In this document: piece by piece, positions 6,086-16,081 of the stretch
How positions within the stretch are numbered: position 1 is the stretch's first letter
Layout: each line of letters starts with the position of its first letter
Origin: Candidatus Micrarchaeota archaeon
GTDB lineage: Archaea > Micrarchaeota > Micrarchaeia > Norongarragalinales > Norongarragalinaceae
Assembly (NCBI GenBank): GCA_016207165.1
Contig: JACQQD010000010.1
Coordinates: forward strand, 1-29,020
Direction of reading: 5' to 3'
DNA: 29,020 nt
Translations under genes and position numbers: made by a program
The notes under the pieces: model-generated
What the model saw: only the letters and a program-made list of their open reading frames with translations
What the model was told of the DNA's origin: nothing
Database searches by the model: none

Positions 6086-7609
6086 ATGGAAAGCCAGTCG
6101 GCAACGTCTCGGGAAAGCGAACTTTTGGCCGTGGCCGAGTCGCAACAAGTCCTCATCGAACCCGACGCGTTCCAGGAACTCGTCGCCTTGGAGAACGCCG
6201 AGGGGCTTCTGAACCAGGCCGCGTCAGTCATCAAAGGCCGCGGCCAGTACGTGGTATCCCACGTCTTGGTCGCCGACTTGGTGGCTTCGCTTCAAACCCA
6301 AAAAAAGGCGTTGCCCGTCACCGTCGAAGCCTCCACGCGCTTTGACGCCCCGGCCAAGAGGATGGAGGCCCGCATCCGCATTTTCAAGGACCGGGAAGTG
6401 ACGAACAAAAGCCGGTGTACGGGGACGCTGGATGACTTTGTGGCGCATTTCAACAACCGATTCACGCAAATGAAGGGCATTCTTCGGGGCCGGCGCACCG
6501 AGTACACGTTCGTGGAAACCATCCAGAAGGCCGCGGCGTTTACCGCGAAAGAGAAAATCCGCGTCGTCGGCATGGTCTACCAGAAAAAGACGACGAAAAA
6601 CGGGCACGTCCTCATCGAATTGGAGGATGACACGCATGCCATGCCTTGCCTGGTGTCCGCCAACAGTCCTCTTTTTGCCGAAGCCCAGGGACTCTTGGAG
6701 GACGAAGTCGTGGCGTTGGATGGGTTTTTGTCCAAGGAACTCTTCATCGTCGACCGCATCGTCTGGCCGGACGTGCCCATCCGCGAAAAAAAACGGGGGG
6801 ACAACGACGTGGCCATCGGTTTTCTCTCCGACCTGCACGTCGGCAGCAAGTATTTTTTGCAGAACGAGTTTTACAAGTTACTCGAGTTTCTCAACGGTAA
6901 AGGAACCACCGAAGAACAGGAAGTCGCCGGCAAAATCAAGTACTTGTTCATCGCCGGCGACTTGGTTGACGGCATCGGCGTGTACCCCACCCAGGAAAAC
7001 CAGTTGGTCACCAAAGACATTTACGAGCAGTACCGCCAGTTCGTGGCCCTCATCAAGCAGATCCCCGAGCACATCCACGTCATCATCGGACCCGGCAACC
7101 ACGACGCCGTGCGAACGGCGGAACCCCAGCCCCAATTGTTTGACGAGTTCGCCATGGACCTGCTTGACCAGTCCAACGTCCACCTCGTCGGCAACCCGGC
7201 GTGGTTTGAAGTGGAGGGGTTCAAGGTCCTCATGTACCACGGCACATCCCTGGATTCGCTCATCTCCAGTTTGAACGCCAAGGACGGCTACAACCACCCC
7301 GAGAAAATGGGCATCGAATTGCTCAAGCGCCGCCACCTCGCGCCGACGTACGGCGACAAGCCCTTGGTGCCGGAGCACCAGGACTACATGGTGGTCTCCG
7401 ACGCGCCGGACATTTTCCACTTCGGCCACGTGCACAAGAACGGCTACGCGGACTACCGCGGCACCTTCGTGATTAACGCCGGCACGTGGCAGGACACCAC
7501 CGATTTCCAGAAGCGCATCGGCCACCAGCCCACGCCCTGCCGCTTCCCCGTGTACTTCTTGAAGACGGGCAGCCTGCAGGTGCTGCACTTTGGAGGATTC
7601 GCGCCGTGA
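6086..7609 (+). CDS. polB: DNA polymerase D small (proofreading) subunit DP1
   Basis: OB fold plus calcineurin-like motifs SDLHVGS, GDLVDG, PGNHD, YHG, RRHLAP, GHVH, NAGTWQ. Confidence 0.97.
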   Translation: MESQSATSRESELLAVAESQQVLIEPDAFQELVALENAEGLLNQAASVIKGRGQYVVSHVLVADLVASLQTQKKALPVTVEASTRFDAPAKRMEARIRIFKDREVTNKSRCTGTLDDFVAHFNNRFTQMKGILRGRRTEYTFVETIQKAAAFTAKEKIRVVGMVYQKKTTKNGHVLIELEDDTHAMPCLVSANSPLFAEAQGLLEDEVVALDGFLSKELFIVDRIVWPDVPIREKKRGDNDVAIGFLSDLHVGSKYFLQNEFYKLLEFLNGKGTTEEQEVAGKIKYLFIAGDLVDGIGVYPTQENQLVTKDIYEQYRQFVALIKQIPEHIHVIIGPGNHDAVRTAEPQPQLFDEFAMDLLDQSNVHLVGNPAWFEVEGFKVLMYHGTSLDSLISSLNAKDGYNHPEKMGIELLKRRHLAPTYGDKPLVPEHQDYMVVSDAPDIFHFGHVHKNGYADYRGTFVINAGTWQDTTDFQKRIGHQPTPCRFPVYFLKTGSLQVLHFGGFAP

Positions 7610-8553
7610 CGCAGAACGTGGACGTCATCGTCCTGGCCAACAAGATCCTCAAGAAATTCAAGTTCCAGTCCGTCGAGTACCTCGGGCCCAGCAAGAACTT
7701 CGTTTTCCTGTGCATGGACCGCCAAGGCAAGAAATACGTGTTCAAGACGTTCCACATCCACGAAAACCGCCAAGAAGAAGACCTCAAGAAAGCCTGGCGC
7801 GAAATCGCGTTCCACCACTACGCCGGAGCCAAATTGCGGCTTCCCGCCATGCTGGCCTGCGAGTACGCCTCCGGGGAACTCGGCGTACACCTCCTCACCG
7901 AGTTCAAAGTCATGAATCCGCTGAACGCCAAAAACCTCACCGACCCCCGCGTCCAGGAAGCCGTGGACAAGCTTTTCTGGCTGCACGCCATCCGCGTCAG
8001 CTCCCTGAACCCCGGCCTTCGCGCCCGCATCGAAGAGGAAGACCTCAAGAACAACGACTGGCTGGTCTCGGAAGCCGACTTTTTGGCGGAAAACCAGTGG
8101 ATGAACGCCAGGACGCTCAAGACGATTCACGCCATGGCGAAAAACATCCGCGACAGTCCGTTGTTGGCGCAAAGCAAGAAAGTCCTCTGCCACGGCGACG
8201 CGCGCATCGACAACGCGTACGTCGACGAAAACCAGAAACTCCAGTTCCGTGACTTCGAGCACGCCAACATCAACTCGCCGCTTCTGGACGCCGCCTCCTT
8301 TTACTACAGCATCTACCGCACCAGCCTTGCCGGCGTTTTTCGGGAGGCGTTTCGGACGCGTTTTTTGGCCGAGTACCCCGACACCAAACCGCGAGACGTT
8401 GACGCCGCATTCAGTTACTTCGTCGTCCACCGCCTCATGGCCTGGATCAAGCACAACACCACCTTCAGCAAGAAATCCGGCGAGAAAACCCGCAAGAAAA
8501 ACATCCAGGACGCCGTGGCGCTCTTAGAAGATTTCCTTGGGAAGAACGCATGA
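7606..8553 (+). CDS. APH/choline-kinase-like phosphotransferase
   Basis: GTG 7606 with SD GGAGG; YVFK, WREI, LCHGDARIDN and RDFEHA motifs; 4-nt overlaps with both DP1 (GTGA) and DP2 (ATGA). Confidence 0.85.
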   Translation: MTQNVDVIVLANKILKKFKFQSVEYLGPSKNFVFLCMDRQGKKYVFKTFHIHENRQEEDLKKAWREIAFHHYAGAKLRLPAMLACEYASGELGVHLLTEFKVMNPLNAKNLTDPRVQEAVDKLFWLHAIRVSSLNPGLRARIEEEDLKNNDWLVSEADFLAENQWMNARTLKTIHAMAKNIRDSPLLAQSKKVLCHGDARIDNAYVDENQKLQFRDFEHANINSPLLDAASFYYSIYRTSLAGVFREAFRTRFLAEYPDTKPRDVDAAFSYFVVHRLMAWIKHNTTFSKKSGEKTRKKNIQDAVALLEDFLGKNA

Positions 8554-11500
8554 ACGTCTCCGATTCGTATCGACGCTATTTTGACGGCATGCAAACGCAA
8601 ACCCAAGCCGCGTACGACCTCGCCCAGCGCGCACGCGAACAAGGATTGGACCCCAGCCGAAACGTTGAAATCCCGTTGGCTCAAGACGTTTCCGCCCGCG
8701 TGGAAGGACTCGTCGGCCCCAAAGGCATCGCCGAAGTCATCCGAGGCCTGGGAAGCGACCGCGAAACGGCGTGTTTTCAGGTTGCCGCCGACATCTTGAA
8801 CGGAAAATTCGGGGGCGAAACCCAGCAAGAACGCGTCGAACAAGCGGTGCGCACCGGCTTGGCTTTGTTTACCGAAGGCGTGGTCAGCGCACCCATCGAA
8901 GGCATCTCCAAAGTCACCATCGAGCAAAACCCGGATGCGTCGAAGTACGTCGCCGTCTACTTTGCCGGCCCCATTCGCGGAGCCGGCGGCACTGGACAAG
9001 CGTTTGCATTGATTCTCGCGGACTTTTGCCGCAACCACTTCAAACTCGCCGAGTACCGGCCCACCGACGACCAAGTCGAACGATACGTCGAAGAAGTCAA
9101 CTTGTACGCCATCCGCACGCGAGCCGGCCAATACGTGCCCACCGAAGACGAAGTCCGCCACGTGGTGCAATCGTGCCCCGTCTGCATCCACGGCGAGCCC
9201 ACGGAGCAATACGAAGTCAACACGTACCGCAACATTTCCGGAGTCCAAACCAACCGCGTGCGAAGCGGCGTCTGTCTGGTCATCGGCGAAGGCATTTGCC
9301 TGAAGGCCGCCAAAATCCTCAAGATCACCGGAAAACACGAATTGAACTGGACGTGGGTGGAGCGCCTCATCAAAGTCGCCAAAAAAACCGAGACCACGGA
9401 AATCAAGCCCGTGTCCAAGTACATGGATGACATCGTCGCCGGACGACCCATTTTCTCGTTTCCCATGAAGGTCGGCGGATTCCGCCTCCGCTACGGCCGC
9501 ACCCGCTTTACCGGCATCCAGTCCAAAGCCATCCACCCCGCCTGCATGGAGATTCTCGACGCGTTTCCCGCGTTCGGCACCCAAGTCAAAACCGAGCGGC
9601 CGGGAAAAGGCTGCGTGGTCACGCCCTGCGAAACCATCGAAGGCCCCACCGTACTGCTTGAAAACGGGGAAGTGCGCGTCCTGAACTCCGCCCAGGAAGC
9701 GCTCTCCGTCAAAAGCCGCGTCAAGAAAATATTGTACCTGGGCGACATGCTGGTGTGCTTCGGCGATTTCCTCAAATCCAACCACGCCTTGGTTCCCGGA
9801 GCGTTTGTCGATGAAGAATACCAGCTCATGCTGGAAGCCCAAGGCATTCAAACCACCGTCGCCGAGCTTTCAACGCTTTCGTTTGCGCAAGCCCTGGAAC
9901 TCTCCAAGAAAACCGGCTTGCCTCTGGCGCCCAAACACTCGTTTTACTGGCAAAGCCTCTCCACGGAACAAGCCAAGACCCTGCGAGACTGGATCAAAAA
10001 GAAAGGCAAACTCGTCAAAGAGTGGTTCGACGTCAAATACGCCGGCATCACCGACGCCGAACACAAAAACCTCTTGGAAGACTTGGGCGTACCCCACAAA
10101 TGGCAGGGCGGAGAAATCGTGTTTGACGCCGACGTCGCTTCAAGCCTGTGGATGCAGTTGGGCGTCATGAAGCCCGCGGAGCCGGACGTCAACCGTCCCG
10201 TCATCCAGTACGTCAACAAGCTCTCCGACGTGCCCGTCCGCGACAAGGCCGGACTGTTTTTGGGCACCAGCATGGGCCGCCCCGAAAAAAGCCGGGAACG
10301 CAAAATGCAGCCGCCCGTCCACGTCCTGTTTCCCGTGGGCCTTTTGGGCGGAAAAATGCGGGACATCATGAAAGCCCAACACAAGTCCGGCGAATTGGAC
10401 TTGCAAATCCGCTACTGCACCGCCTGCCACCGAAAAACCTGGCAAACCACTTGCCCGCAATGCAAAAACCCGGTGCCCGCCGTCCGCCAATGCCTTACCT
10501 GCGGCCAATACACCGCCAAAACCACGTGCGCCTGCGGGGGCAACACGACCGGACATTCCCGCCAACGCCTGGCATTTGACGACGCCATTGGTTCCGCAAC
10601 CAAAACCGTCCAATACAAGCCCGACCAACTCAAAGGCGTCATCGGCCTGATCTCCGCAGACAAGACTCCCGAACAGCTTGCCAAAGGCGTTCTGCGCGCC
10701 AAGTACGGCCTGAGCGTCTTTCGCGACGGCACGTGCCGCGTCGACGCCACCGAAGTGCCCATCACCCACTTCGTTCCCCGCGAAACCGGGTTGAACGTCA
10801 GCCAATGCAAAAAACTGGGGTACAAAAGCGACATCCACGGAAAACCCCTGGAACGCGACGACCAAACCCTGGAATTATTCGCCCAAGACGTCATTTTGTC
10901 CGAGGCTTCGGCGGACTACCTCCTGAAAATCGCGCAATTCATCGACGACGAACTGGTCTACCTCTACGGCAAGACGCCGTACTACCGCGCCTTGCAACCC
11001 AAAGACCTCGTCGGCCACCAAGTCATCTGCATCGCGCCGCACACCTCCGCCGGCATCACCGCCCGCATCATCGGATTCAGCCAAGTCCACGCCATCCTGG
11101 CGCACCCCTACATCCACTGCGCCTGCCGCCGCAACGCCGACGGCGACGAACTCGGCTTCTTGCTTTTAATGGACGGACTCCTGAATTTTTCCAAGGCGTT
11201 TTTGCCGGAAACCCGGGGAGGAAGAATGGACGCGCCCCTGGTCTTGACCACGCAACTGAACCCCTTGGAAGTCGACGACGAAGTGCACGCCATGGACCGC
11301 GCGCCCAAATACCCACTGGAATTGTATGACGCCGCCCGCAACATGGCGAACCCCTCCGAAGTCCACGTCGACCTCATCAAGGACCACCTCGGCGACGCCT
11401 CGGCCCTGGAAGGCATCGCGTACACGCACGAAGCCGCCATGTCCGGACCCTACCAGTCAACCTACGTCAAATTCAAGAACATGCAGCACAAAGTCCAAGA

Positions 11501-11876
11501 CGAACTGCAACTCATGCAGCGCATCGCCGCCGTGGACGCCGCCGCTGCGGCGGAACGCATCATTTTGAACCACTTCCTCCCGGACCTCTACGGCAACCTC
11601 CGCTCGTTCTCGCGCCAGACGTTCCGCTGCGTGGACTGCACCGCCAAATACCGCCGCGTGCCCCTCGTCGGGAAATGCCGGCAATGCGGCGGAAAACTGC
11701 TTTTGACCATCAACAAGGGCGGCATCGAGAAATACCTCCAACTCTCCAAGAAAATGGCGGAAGACTACAACCTGCCCAACTACCTCAAACAACGGTTGGC
11801 CCTCATCGAAAAAGAAATCAAATCCATTTTCCACGACGAAAAAGTCCAACAGTTTTCCCTAAACGAGTACCTCTAA
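8550..11876 (+). CDS. polC: DNA polymerase D large subunit DP2 (no intein)
   Basis: TEGVVSAPIEG, FAGPIRGAGGT, GGFRLRYGR, MGRPEK, zinc fingers, RRNADGDE catalytic motif, RGGRMDAPL and C-terminal PIP-like QFSLNEYL. Confidence 0.98.
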   Translation: MNVSDSYRRYFDGMQTQTQAAYDLAQRAREQGLDPSRNVEIPLAQDVSARVEGLVGPKGIAEVIRGLGSDRETACFQVAADILNGKFGGETQQERVEQAVRTGLALFTEGVVSAPIEGISKVTIEQNPDASKYVAVYFAGPIRGAGGTGQAFALILADFCRNHFKLAEYRPTDDQVERYVEEVNLYAIRTRAGQYVPTEDEVRHVVQSCPVCIHGEPTEQYEVNTYRNISGVQTNRVRSGVCLVIGEGICLKAAKILKITGKHELNWTWVERLIKVAKKTETTEIKPVSKYMDDIVAGRPIFSFPMKVGGFRLRYGRTRFTGIQSKAIHPACMEILDAFPAFGTQVKTERPGKGCVVTPCETIEGPTVLLENGEVRVLNSAQEALSVKSRVKKILYLGDMLVCFGDFLKSNHALVPGAFVDEEYQLMLEAQGIQTTVAELSTLSFAQALELSKKTGLPLAPKHSFYWQSLSTEQAKTLRDWIKKKGKLVKEWFDVKYAGITDAEHKNLLEDLGVPHKWQGGEIVFDADVASSLWMQLGVMKPAEPDVNRPVIQYVNKLSDVPVRDKAGLFLGTSMGRPEKSRERKMQPPVHVLFPVGLLGGKMRDIMKAQHKSGELDLQIRYCTACHRKTWQTTCPQCKNPVPAVRQCLTCGQYTAKTTCACGGNTTGHSRQRLAFDDAIGSATKTVQYKPDQLKGVIGLISADKTPEQLAKGVLRAKYGLSVFRDGTCRVDATEVPITHFVPRETGLNVSQCKKLGYKSDIHGKPLERDDQTLELFAQDVILSEASADYLLKIAQFIDDELVYLYGKTPYYRALQPKDLVGHQVICIAPHTSAGITARIIGFSQVHAILAHPYIHCACRRNADGDELGFLLLMDGLLNFSKAFLPETRGGRMDAPLVLTTQLNPLEVDDEVHAMDRAPKYPLELYDAARNMANPSEVHVDLIKDHLGDASALEGIAYTHEAAMSGPYQSTYVKFKNMQHKVQDELQLMQRIAAVDAAAAAERIILNHFLPDLYGNLRSFSRQTFRCVDCTAKYRRVPLVGKCRQCGGKLLLTINKGGIEKYLQLSKKMAEDYNLPNYLKQRLALIEKEIKSIFHDEKVQQFSLNEYL

Positions 11877-11912
11877 ACCGAGACCTTCCAGCCGTTCGCG
11901 GTAAACCGAAGC

Positions 11913-14900
11913 CTAAGGCTTCCGCTTGACGTGGCCTTTCGACCACTCACGGGTCTCGTACCAAAAACGCGCCACGGCAAAACCCACCAGGACCCCAAAA
12001 ACAACCAAGTAAAACGAGTAATCCGGTTGGCTGGGCACCACGTCGGGTTGCGGCTCGGATTTGGGTTGCTCTTCCTGAACCACTACCGACTCCGACGACG
12101 AGCCCCCACCGGACTGCGTGGATTCCGCCGGCGGCAAGACCAACTCAAAATCGTACGACGTCTTCAAAATCCCGGCGGTCCGCGTCCCAACTCCAGACAC
12201 GTCAATGCGCACGGAATGGTTGCCCACCGCTTCCTTTGGAGGATGCCATTCAATGGAAAACGACGTGTTGCTAATCGGCCCCACCAAGTCCGGCGGGTGC
12301 ACGGTATACCAGTCCTCGGGAACACCTGACACCGTCACGTTCACGCGCCGCAAATACCCCGTGTAATACGAAGAAATCACGACGTCCGACCGGCTTGACG
12401 CGCCGGGCTTTACCTCCAAGTCCTTGGGCACGTTATGGATGACGAAGACGTCCTTGCCGGAACCGCCGCCACCCCCGCCTCCTCCACCGCCGCCACCGGA
12501 ACCACCAGACCCGCCGGAACCGCCGCCACCTCCTCCACCGCCGCCACCGGAACCACCGGCCGCCGAGGGGGCACTGGAGCCCCCGGATGACCCGCCGCTG
12601 GAGCACGCCTGCGTCTGCGTTTCTGCAACTCCCAGGCACGTGCGCGTGCGGGACTGGGAGCCGCTGGAACACGCGGAGAACGAGGAAAAGCTGTTGGTGC
12701 ACGCCGCCACCGTCACGTGGTTGACGGCGTTCTGGGCGGACACGGAGGCATTGACGTTGTTGGCGGCATCCACGGAGACCACCACGTACCGGTACGTGGT
12801 GCCCGCCGACAAAACGCCTTGGTCTATGTAGAACAACGCCGACACGTTGGCTACAACCAAAGTCATGCCAGCCACGTCCACGGCATTGGTGTCCAAGGAA
12901 CGGTAAACCGAATAGTTCACGGCGCGCTCGGTTTGGCCCAAAACATCCAGCGTCACGTTGGACCAGGACACGTTGACGGACCCGTCCACCCCGTTTTCCC
13001 CGGACGCCGCCGCAGTGACCCTCGGCAAAACCGTGTCGCTGGCCCACGCCGACCGGGAATCCGACGCATTGGAATTCTCGGCGGCGTCCACGGCTCTGAC
13101 CACGTATTCATAAAACGTCCCAGAAACCGCGGACGCATCCGAGTGGTTCAATCCGGAAGTCGAAGCGATGATGGAGCCGTTGCGCACCACGTCGTACCGG
13201 CCAAAACGCGTCTCGTCAGTGGACGCCGACCAGTTCAAGAAAACAAATCCCGACGCGTTGGGCGTCACGGAAAGCACGGGCTTGGCGGGAAGCGTGAAAT
13301 CCAAAGTCACATTCACCGAGGCGTTAAACGCCGCGTTGGAGGCGTTATCCTGAGCCGAGACGTTGACGGTGTAATTGCCTTCCGAAAGGGACAGAACCCC
13401 CAACGAAAACGAGTAGTTGACTCCGGATTGCGTGGCGTTGGAAACATACCTCACCGTACCGGAACCGTTCTGCAGGCGAAGAGTCGCGTTCAAGAAGTCC
13501 GCCAAAACGTCGGAGGCATTCACGGAGACATCAAGCGAAGTGGAAGCGTTGACGAACAACCGCGAAGGCGAGACGGCGGTAACGCTGGGCGCCTGCGTAT
13601 CCAAAAAGACGCGAAGCAGCGATGAATTCAGGTAATGGCCTGCGGAATCGTTTACTTGAATCCAGGCATCATGTTGGCCGTTGGCCAGACTCGTGGCATT
13701 GGCCGTGCAACGCGTGCCGGACCGCGTCATCAGCGTGGACGTGGCGTTGCGCCAAAGCACGCAGGAATCCGGGTTGGTTTCCGTGAAAGTCAGGTTGTAA
13801 TCAATCCAATTGCGGGACGCGTAAGACCCGTTCAGGGGCGTGGGAGCGACAAACGCCAGGGCAGAGGGAATCGTGGCGTCGACAGTGAAGTTGATGAAAC
13901 CCGTGGAATTGAGGCGGCCGGACGAGTCATTGACGTAACCCGTCACGTTGTGCACCCCCTCGGAAAAAGCCACATTAAGCAGGCAGAACGACGGTCCCGC
14001 GGAGACGGATTGGTTCACGCCGTCCACGTCCAGGACGCAAGAATCCGGAAGCGTCTCGACGTAGGACAAGTTGACGGTGAACGTGCTTAAAGCCAGAAAC
14101 GAGTTGTTCGACGCGTTGACCACCACGCGCTGAGGAGCGGAGGCGTCAAACGCCGTGGAAAAAAACGCGGAACCCGTGTTGTTGAAGGCGTCCGAGATGT
14201 AAACGCGGAAATTCGTCGAGGATTCGCCTTGCTGCGTGACATTGTACTGGCAATGCCGAAAGCCGACGGTCATGGAAAAGTTGGTCGTGGAGCCGTTGGA
14301 CCACTCCAACACACAGGAGGACGCGTTGGCGTCGTCGACAAACGACACGTTGACCAACGCGTAGTTCACGGCCACAATGGAGTTGTTCGCCGGCGACAAG
14401 AGCGTGAGGCTTCGGGGCGCCACATCCGAAAAAAACGCGTTGATTGCCGCCAAGGCGTCCACCCGGTAAAAAAGTTGGTTGAGCCGCGTGTCGTTGACGG
14501 CCACGCCGGTCCGGTTCATCAAATCCCGCACGTAAAACGGCGAAGCGTGCGAGCCGTTGGCCGCCTGCGCGAATTGCTGCAAAAGCGCTGCCACGCCGGA
14601 GACGTGGGGCGTGGCCATGGAGGTCCCGGAAAGCGTGGCCGTCGAGTTTCCCGAGTACGCCGCCGTCACCGGGTTTCCCGGAGCCAATAGAAGACGATTC
14701 GTCCACGCATTGGAAAAAAAAGCCACAAAATCCGTGTCATTGACGGCACCCACCGCGGACGCATTGGAGGAACACGCCGGCTGGGCGATGCCGCCGGTGT
14801 TGCCGGCGTTGCCGGACGCCGCGGCCACCACCAAACCCTTGGAGGCGGCGCGCACCACCGCGGCGCCGGTGGTCGTCGAATCGCAGTAAGACGATTGCAA

Positions 14901-16028
14901 TACGCTGGTGCCCAAACTCAGCGACAACGCCGTCACGTTGTACAACGCCTTGTTGGTGGTGCACCAATCCATGCCCGCCGCCACGGTGGAAAGCGTTCCG
15001 GAGCCTTGGGCGTCCAACACCTTGACGGCCAACAATTTGGCGTCCGGAGCCACGCCCCGAACCGACCCGTTGCCGGCCGCGGTGCTGGCCACGTGCGTGC
15101 CGTGAAAGTTGTCGTCCAACGGGTTCACGTCGTCGTTGACGAAATCGTATCCGCCGATGACCTTGCCGCAATTCCAAGACACGTCGGCATTGGTGGAGCC
15201 GTTGTTGACCAAGTCGATGGTGAACCCGTAGCCCGTCGTGGAAGAATCCGATACCAGCCGCACGACGATGGTGTCTCCAGCCACGGAAGGACTCCAAAAA
15301 TTGGTTTTCAACCCAGAGTACTGGGCCAACAAATTGCCTTGCGCGTCCTCCACGTTGACCACGTCGAACACGTTCTCCGTCGACACGTTGACGAAGTGAA
15401 CGGCGATGCGGCCAAACGTGCCGTACCCAGACGCCGTGGAATTGATGGTGAACGCGGCGTTGGCGTTGTTCGCGTAGTTGTGGTCGGATTCCAATGAATG
15501 CGATCGGTTGGCGTTGGCCAACGCGGATTGGACTGGGGCCGAACAGGCACCCAAGCTTTCGTGACGATAATCAATCCCGGTATCCAGCACGCAAATGGTT
15601 TGGTTGCGTCCCGTGAGGTTGACGCCGTTGATCTGGCGGTTCCACACGTCGTCGGCGTTGATTTGAGGAATGGTCGTGGACGTAAAGGCGTGCACCGGCT
15701 GGTCCCACACAATGGATTCCACCCAAGGATTGGACGAAAGCGCCGTCAAACCGTCTGCGGTGACGTTCACGGCCACCGCTGGAATCGAAGAAAACCGGTG
15801 CTTGACTTGGATGTCTTCTGCGGCCTCGAGAGTTTTAACGGAATCCAGGGCTCGGGCTTGAAGGGCCAACGGGTCTTTTTCGGTTGGGGATTCGCGGGCC
15901 ACGACAATGACGTCCACCACGCCGTTTTCGCCCAACTCTTTCCAGACGACCGGCTCCACGTACGCGGCGAAAACCAGCGAGGAAAAGGCCACTAGCCACA
16001 AGCCGGCGACAGCGATGCGGTGGGACAT
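11913..16028 (-). CDS. Membrane-anchored S8 subtilase with CUB-like insert and Ig/FnIII repeats
   Basis: Signal peptide, I9-like prodomain, LDTG/HGTHVA/GTSMATPHV catalytic triad, beta-sandwich repeats, G/S linker, C-terminal TM with basic tail. Confidence 0.93.
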   Translation of the reverse strand: MSHRIAVAGLWLVAFSSLVFAAYVEPVVWKELGENGVVDVIVVARESPTEKDPLALQARALDSVKTLEAAEDIQVKHRFSSIPAVAVNVTADGLTALSSNPWVESIVWDQPVHAFTSTTIPQINADDVWNRQINGVNLTGRNQTICVLDTGIDYRHESLGACSAPVQSALANANRSHSLESDHNYANNANAAFTINSTASGYGTFGRIAVHFVNVSTENVFDVVNVEDAQGNLLAQYSGLKTNFWSPSVAGDTIVVRLVSDSSTTGYGFTIDLVNNGSTNADVSWNCGKVIGGYDFVNDDVNPLDDNFHGTHVASTAAGNGSVRGVAPDAKLLAVKVLDAQGSGTLSTVAAGMDWCTTNKALYNVTALSLSLGTSVLQSSYCDSTTTGAAVVRAASKGLVVAAASGNAGNTGGIAQPACSSNASAVGAVNDTDFVAFFSNAWTNRLLLAPGNPVTAAYSGNSTATLSGTSMATPHVSGVAALLQQFAQAANGSHASPFYVRDLMNRTGVAVNDTRLNQLFYRVDALAAINAFFSDVAPRSLTLLSPANNSIVAVNYALVNVSFVDDANASSCVLEWSNGSTTNFSMTVGFRHCQYNVTQQGESSTNFRVYISDAFNNTGSAFFSTAFDASAPQRVVVNASNNSFLALSTFTVNLSYVETLPDSCVLDVDGVNQSVSAGPSFCLLNVAFSEGVHNVTGYVNDSSGRLNSTGFINFTVDATIPSALAFVAPTPLNGSYASRNWIDYNLTFTETNPDSCVLWRNATSTLMTRSGTRCTANATSLANGQHDAWIQVNDSAGHYLNSSLLRVFLDTQAPSVTAVSPSRLFVNASTSLDVSVNASDVLADFLNATLRLQNGSGTVRYVSNATQSGVNYSFSLGVLSLSEGNYTVNVSAQDNASNAAFNASVNVTLDFTLPAKPVLSVTPNASGFVFLNWSASTDETRFGRYDVVRNGSIIASTSGLNHSDASAVSGTFYEYVVRAVDAAENSNASDSRSAWASDTVLPRVTAAASGENGVDGSVNVSWSNVTLDVLGQTERAVNYSVYRSLDTNAVDVAGMTLVVANVSALFYIDQGVLSAGTTYRYVVVSVDAANNVNASVSAQNAVNHVTVAACTNSFSSFSACSSGSQSRTRTCLGVAETQTQACSSGGSSGGSSAPSAAGGSGGGGGGGGGGSGGSGGSGGGGGGGGGGGGSGKDVFVIHNVPKDLEVKPGASSRSDVVISSYYTGYLRRVNVTVSGVPEDWYTVHPPDLVGPISNTSFSIEWHPPKEAVGNHSVRIDVSGVGTRTAGILKTSYDFELVLPPAESTQSGGGSSSESVVVQEEQPKSEPQPDVVPSQPDYSFYLVVFGVLVGFAVARFWYETREWSKGHVKRKP
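12455..12600 (-). repeat. Gly/Ser low-complexity linker inside the subtilase
   Basis: Degenerate GGN triplet runs encoding SSGGSSGG...GGGGGGSG. Confidence 0.8.
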
Positions 16029-16081
16029 CGAGACTAAAAACGCGGTTTGGACAATTATAGGTTTTGGCCCAAGACGGTTTC

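Noticed and set aside
5921-6120. Repeated GGAAA(A)GC motif upstream of DP1 as a replication origin (ORB boxes)
   Set aside because: Repeats are short, lack the ORB consensus, and there is no cdc6/orc1 or clear unwinding element; BRE/TATA context of divergent promoters explains part of it.
8550-11876. Intein in DP2
   Set aside because: Length is normal (1108 aa) and the catalytic motif is uninterrupted.
12455-12600. CRISPR or tandem-repeat array
   Set aside because: Coding Gly/Ser linker; no constant repeat-spacer periodicity seen anywhere in the window and no cas genes.
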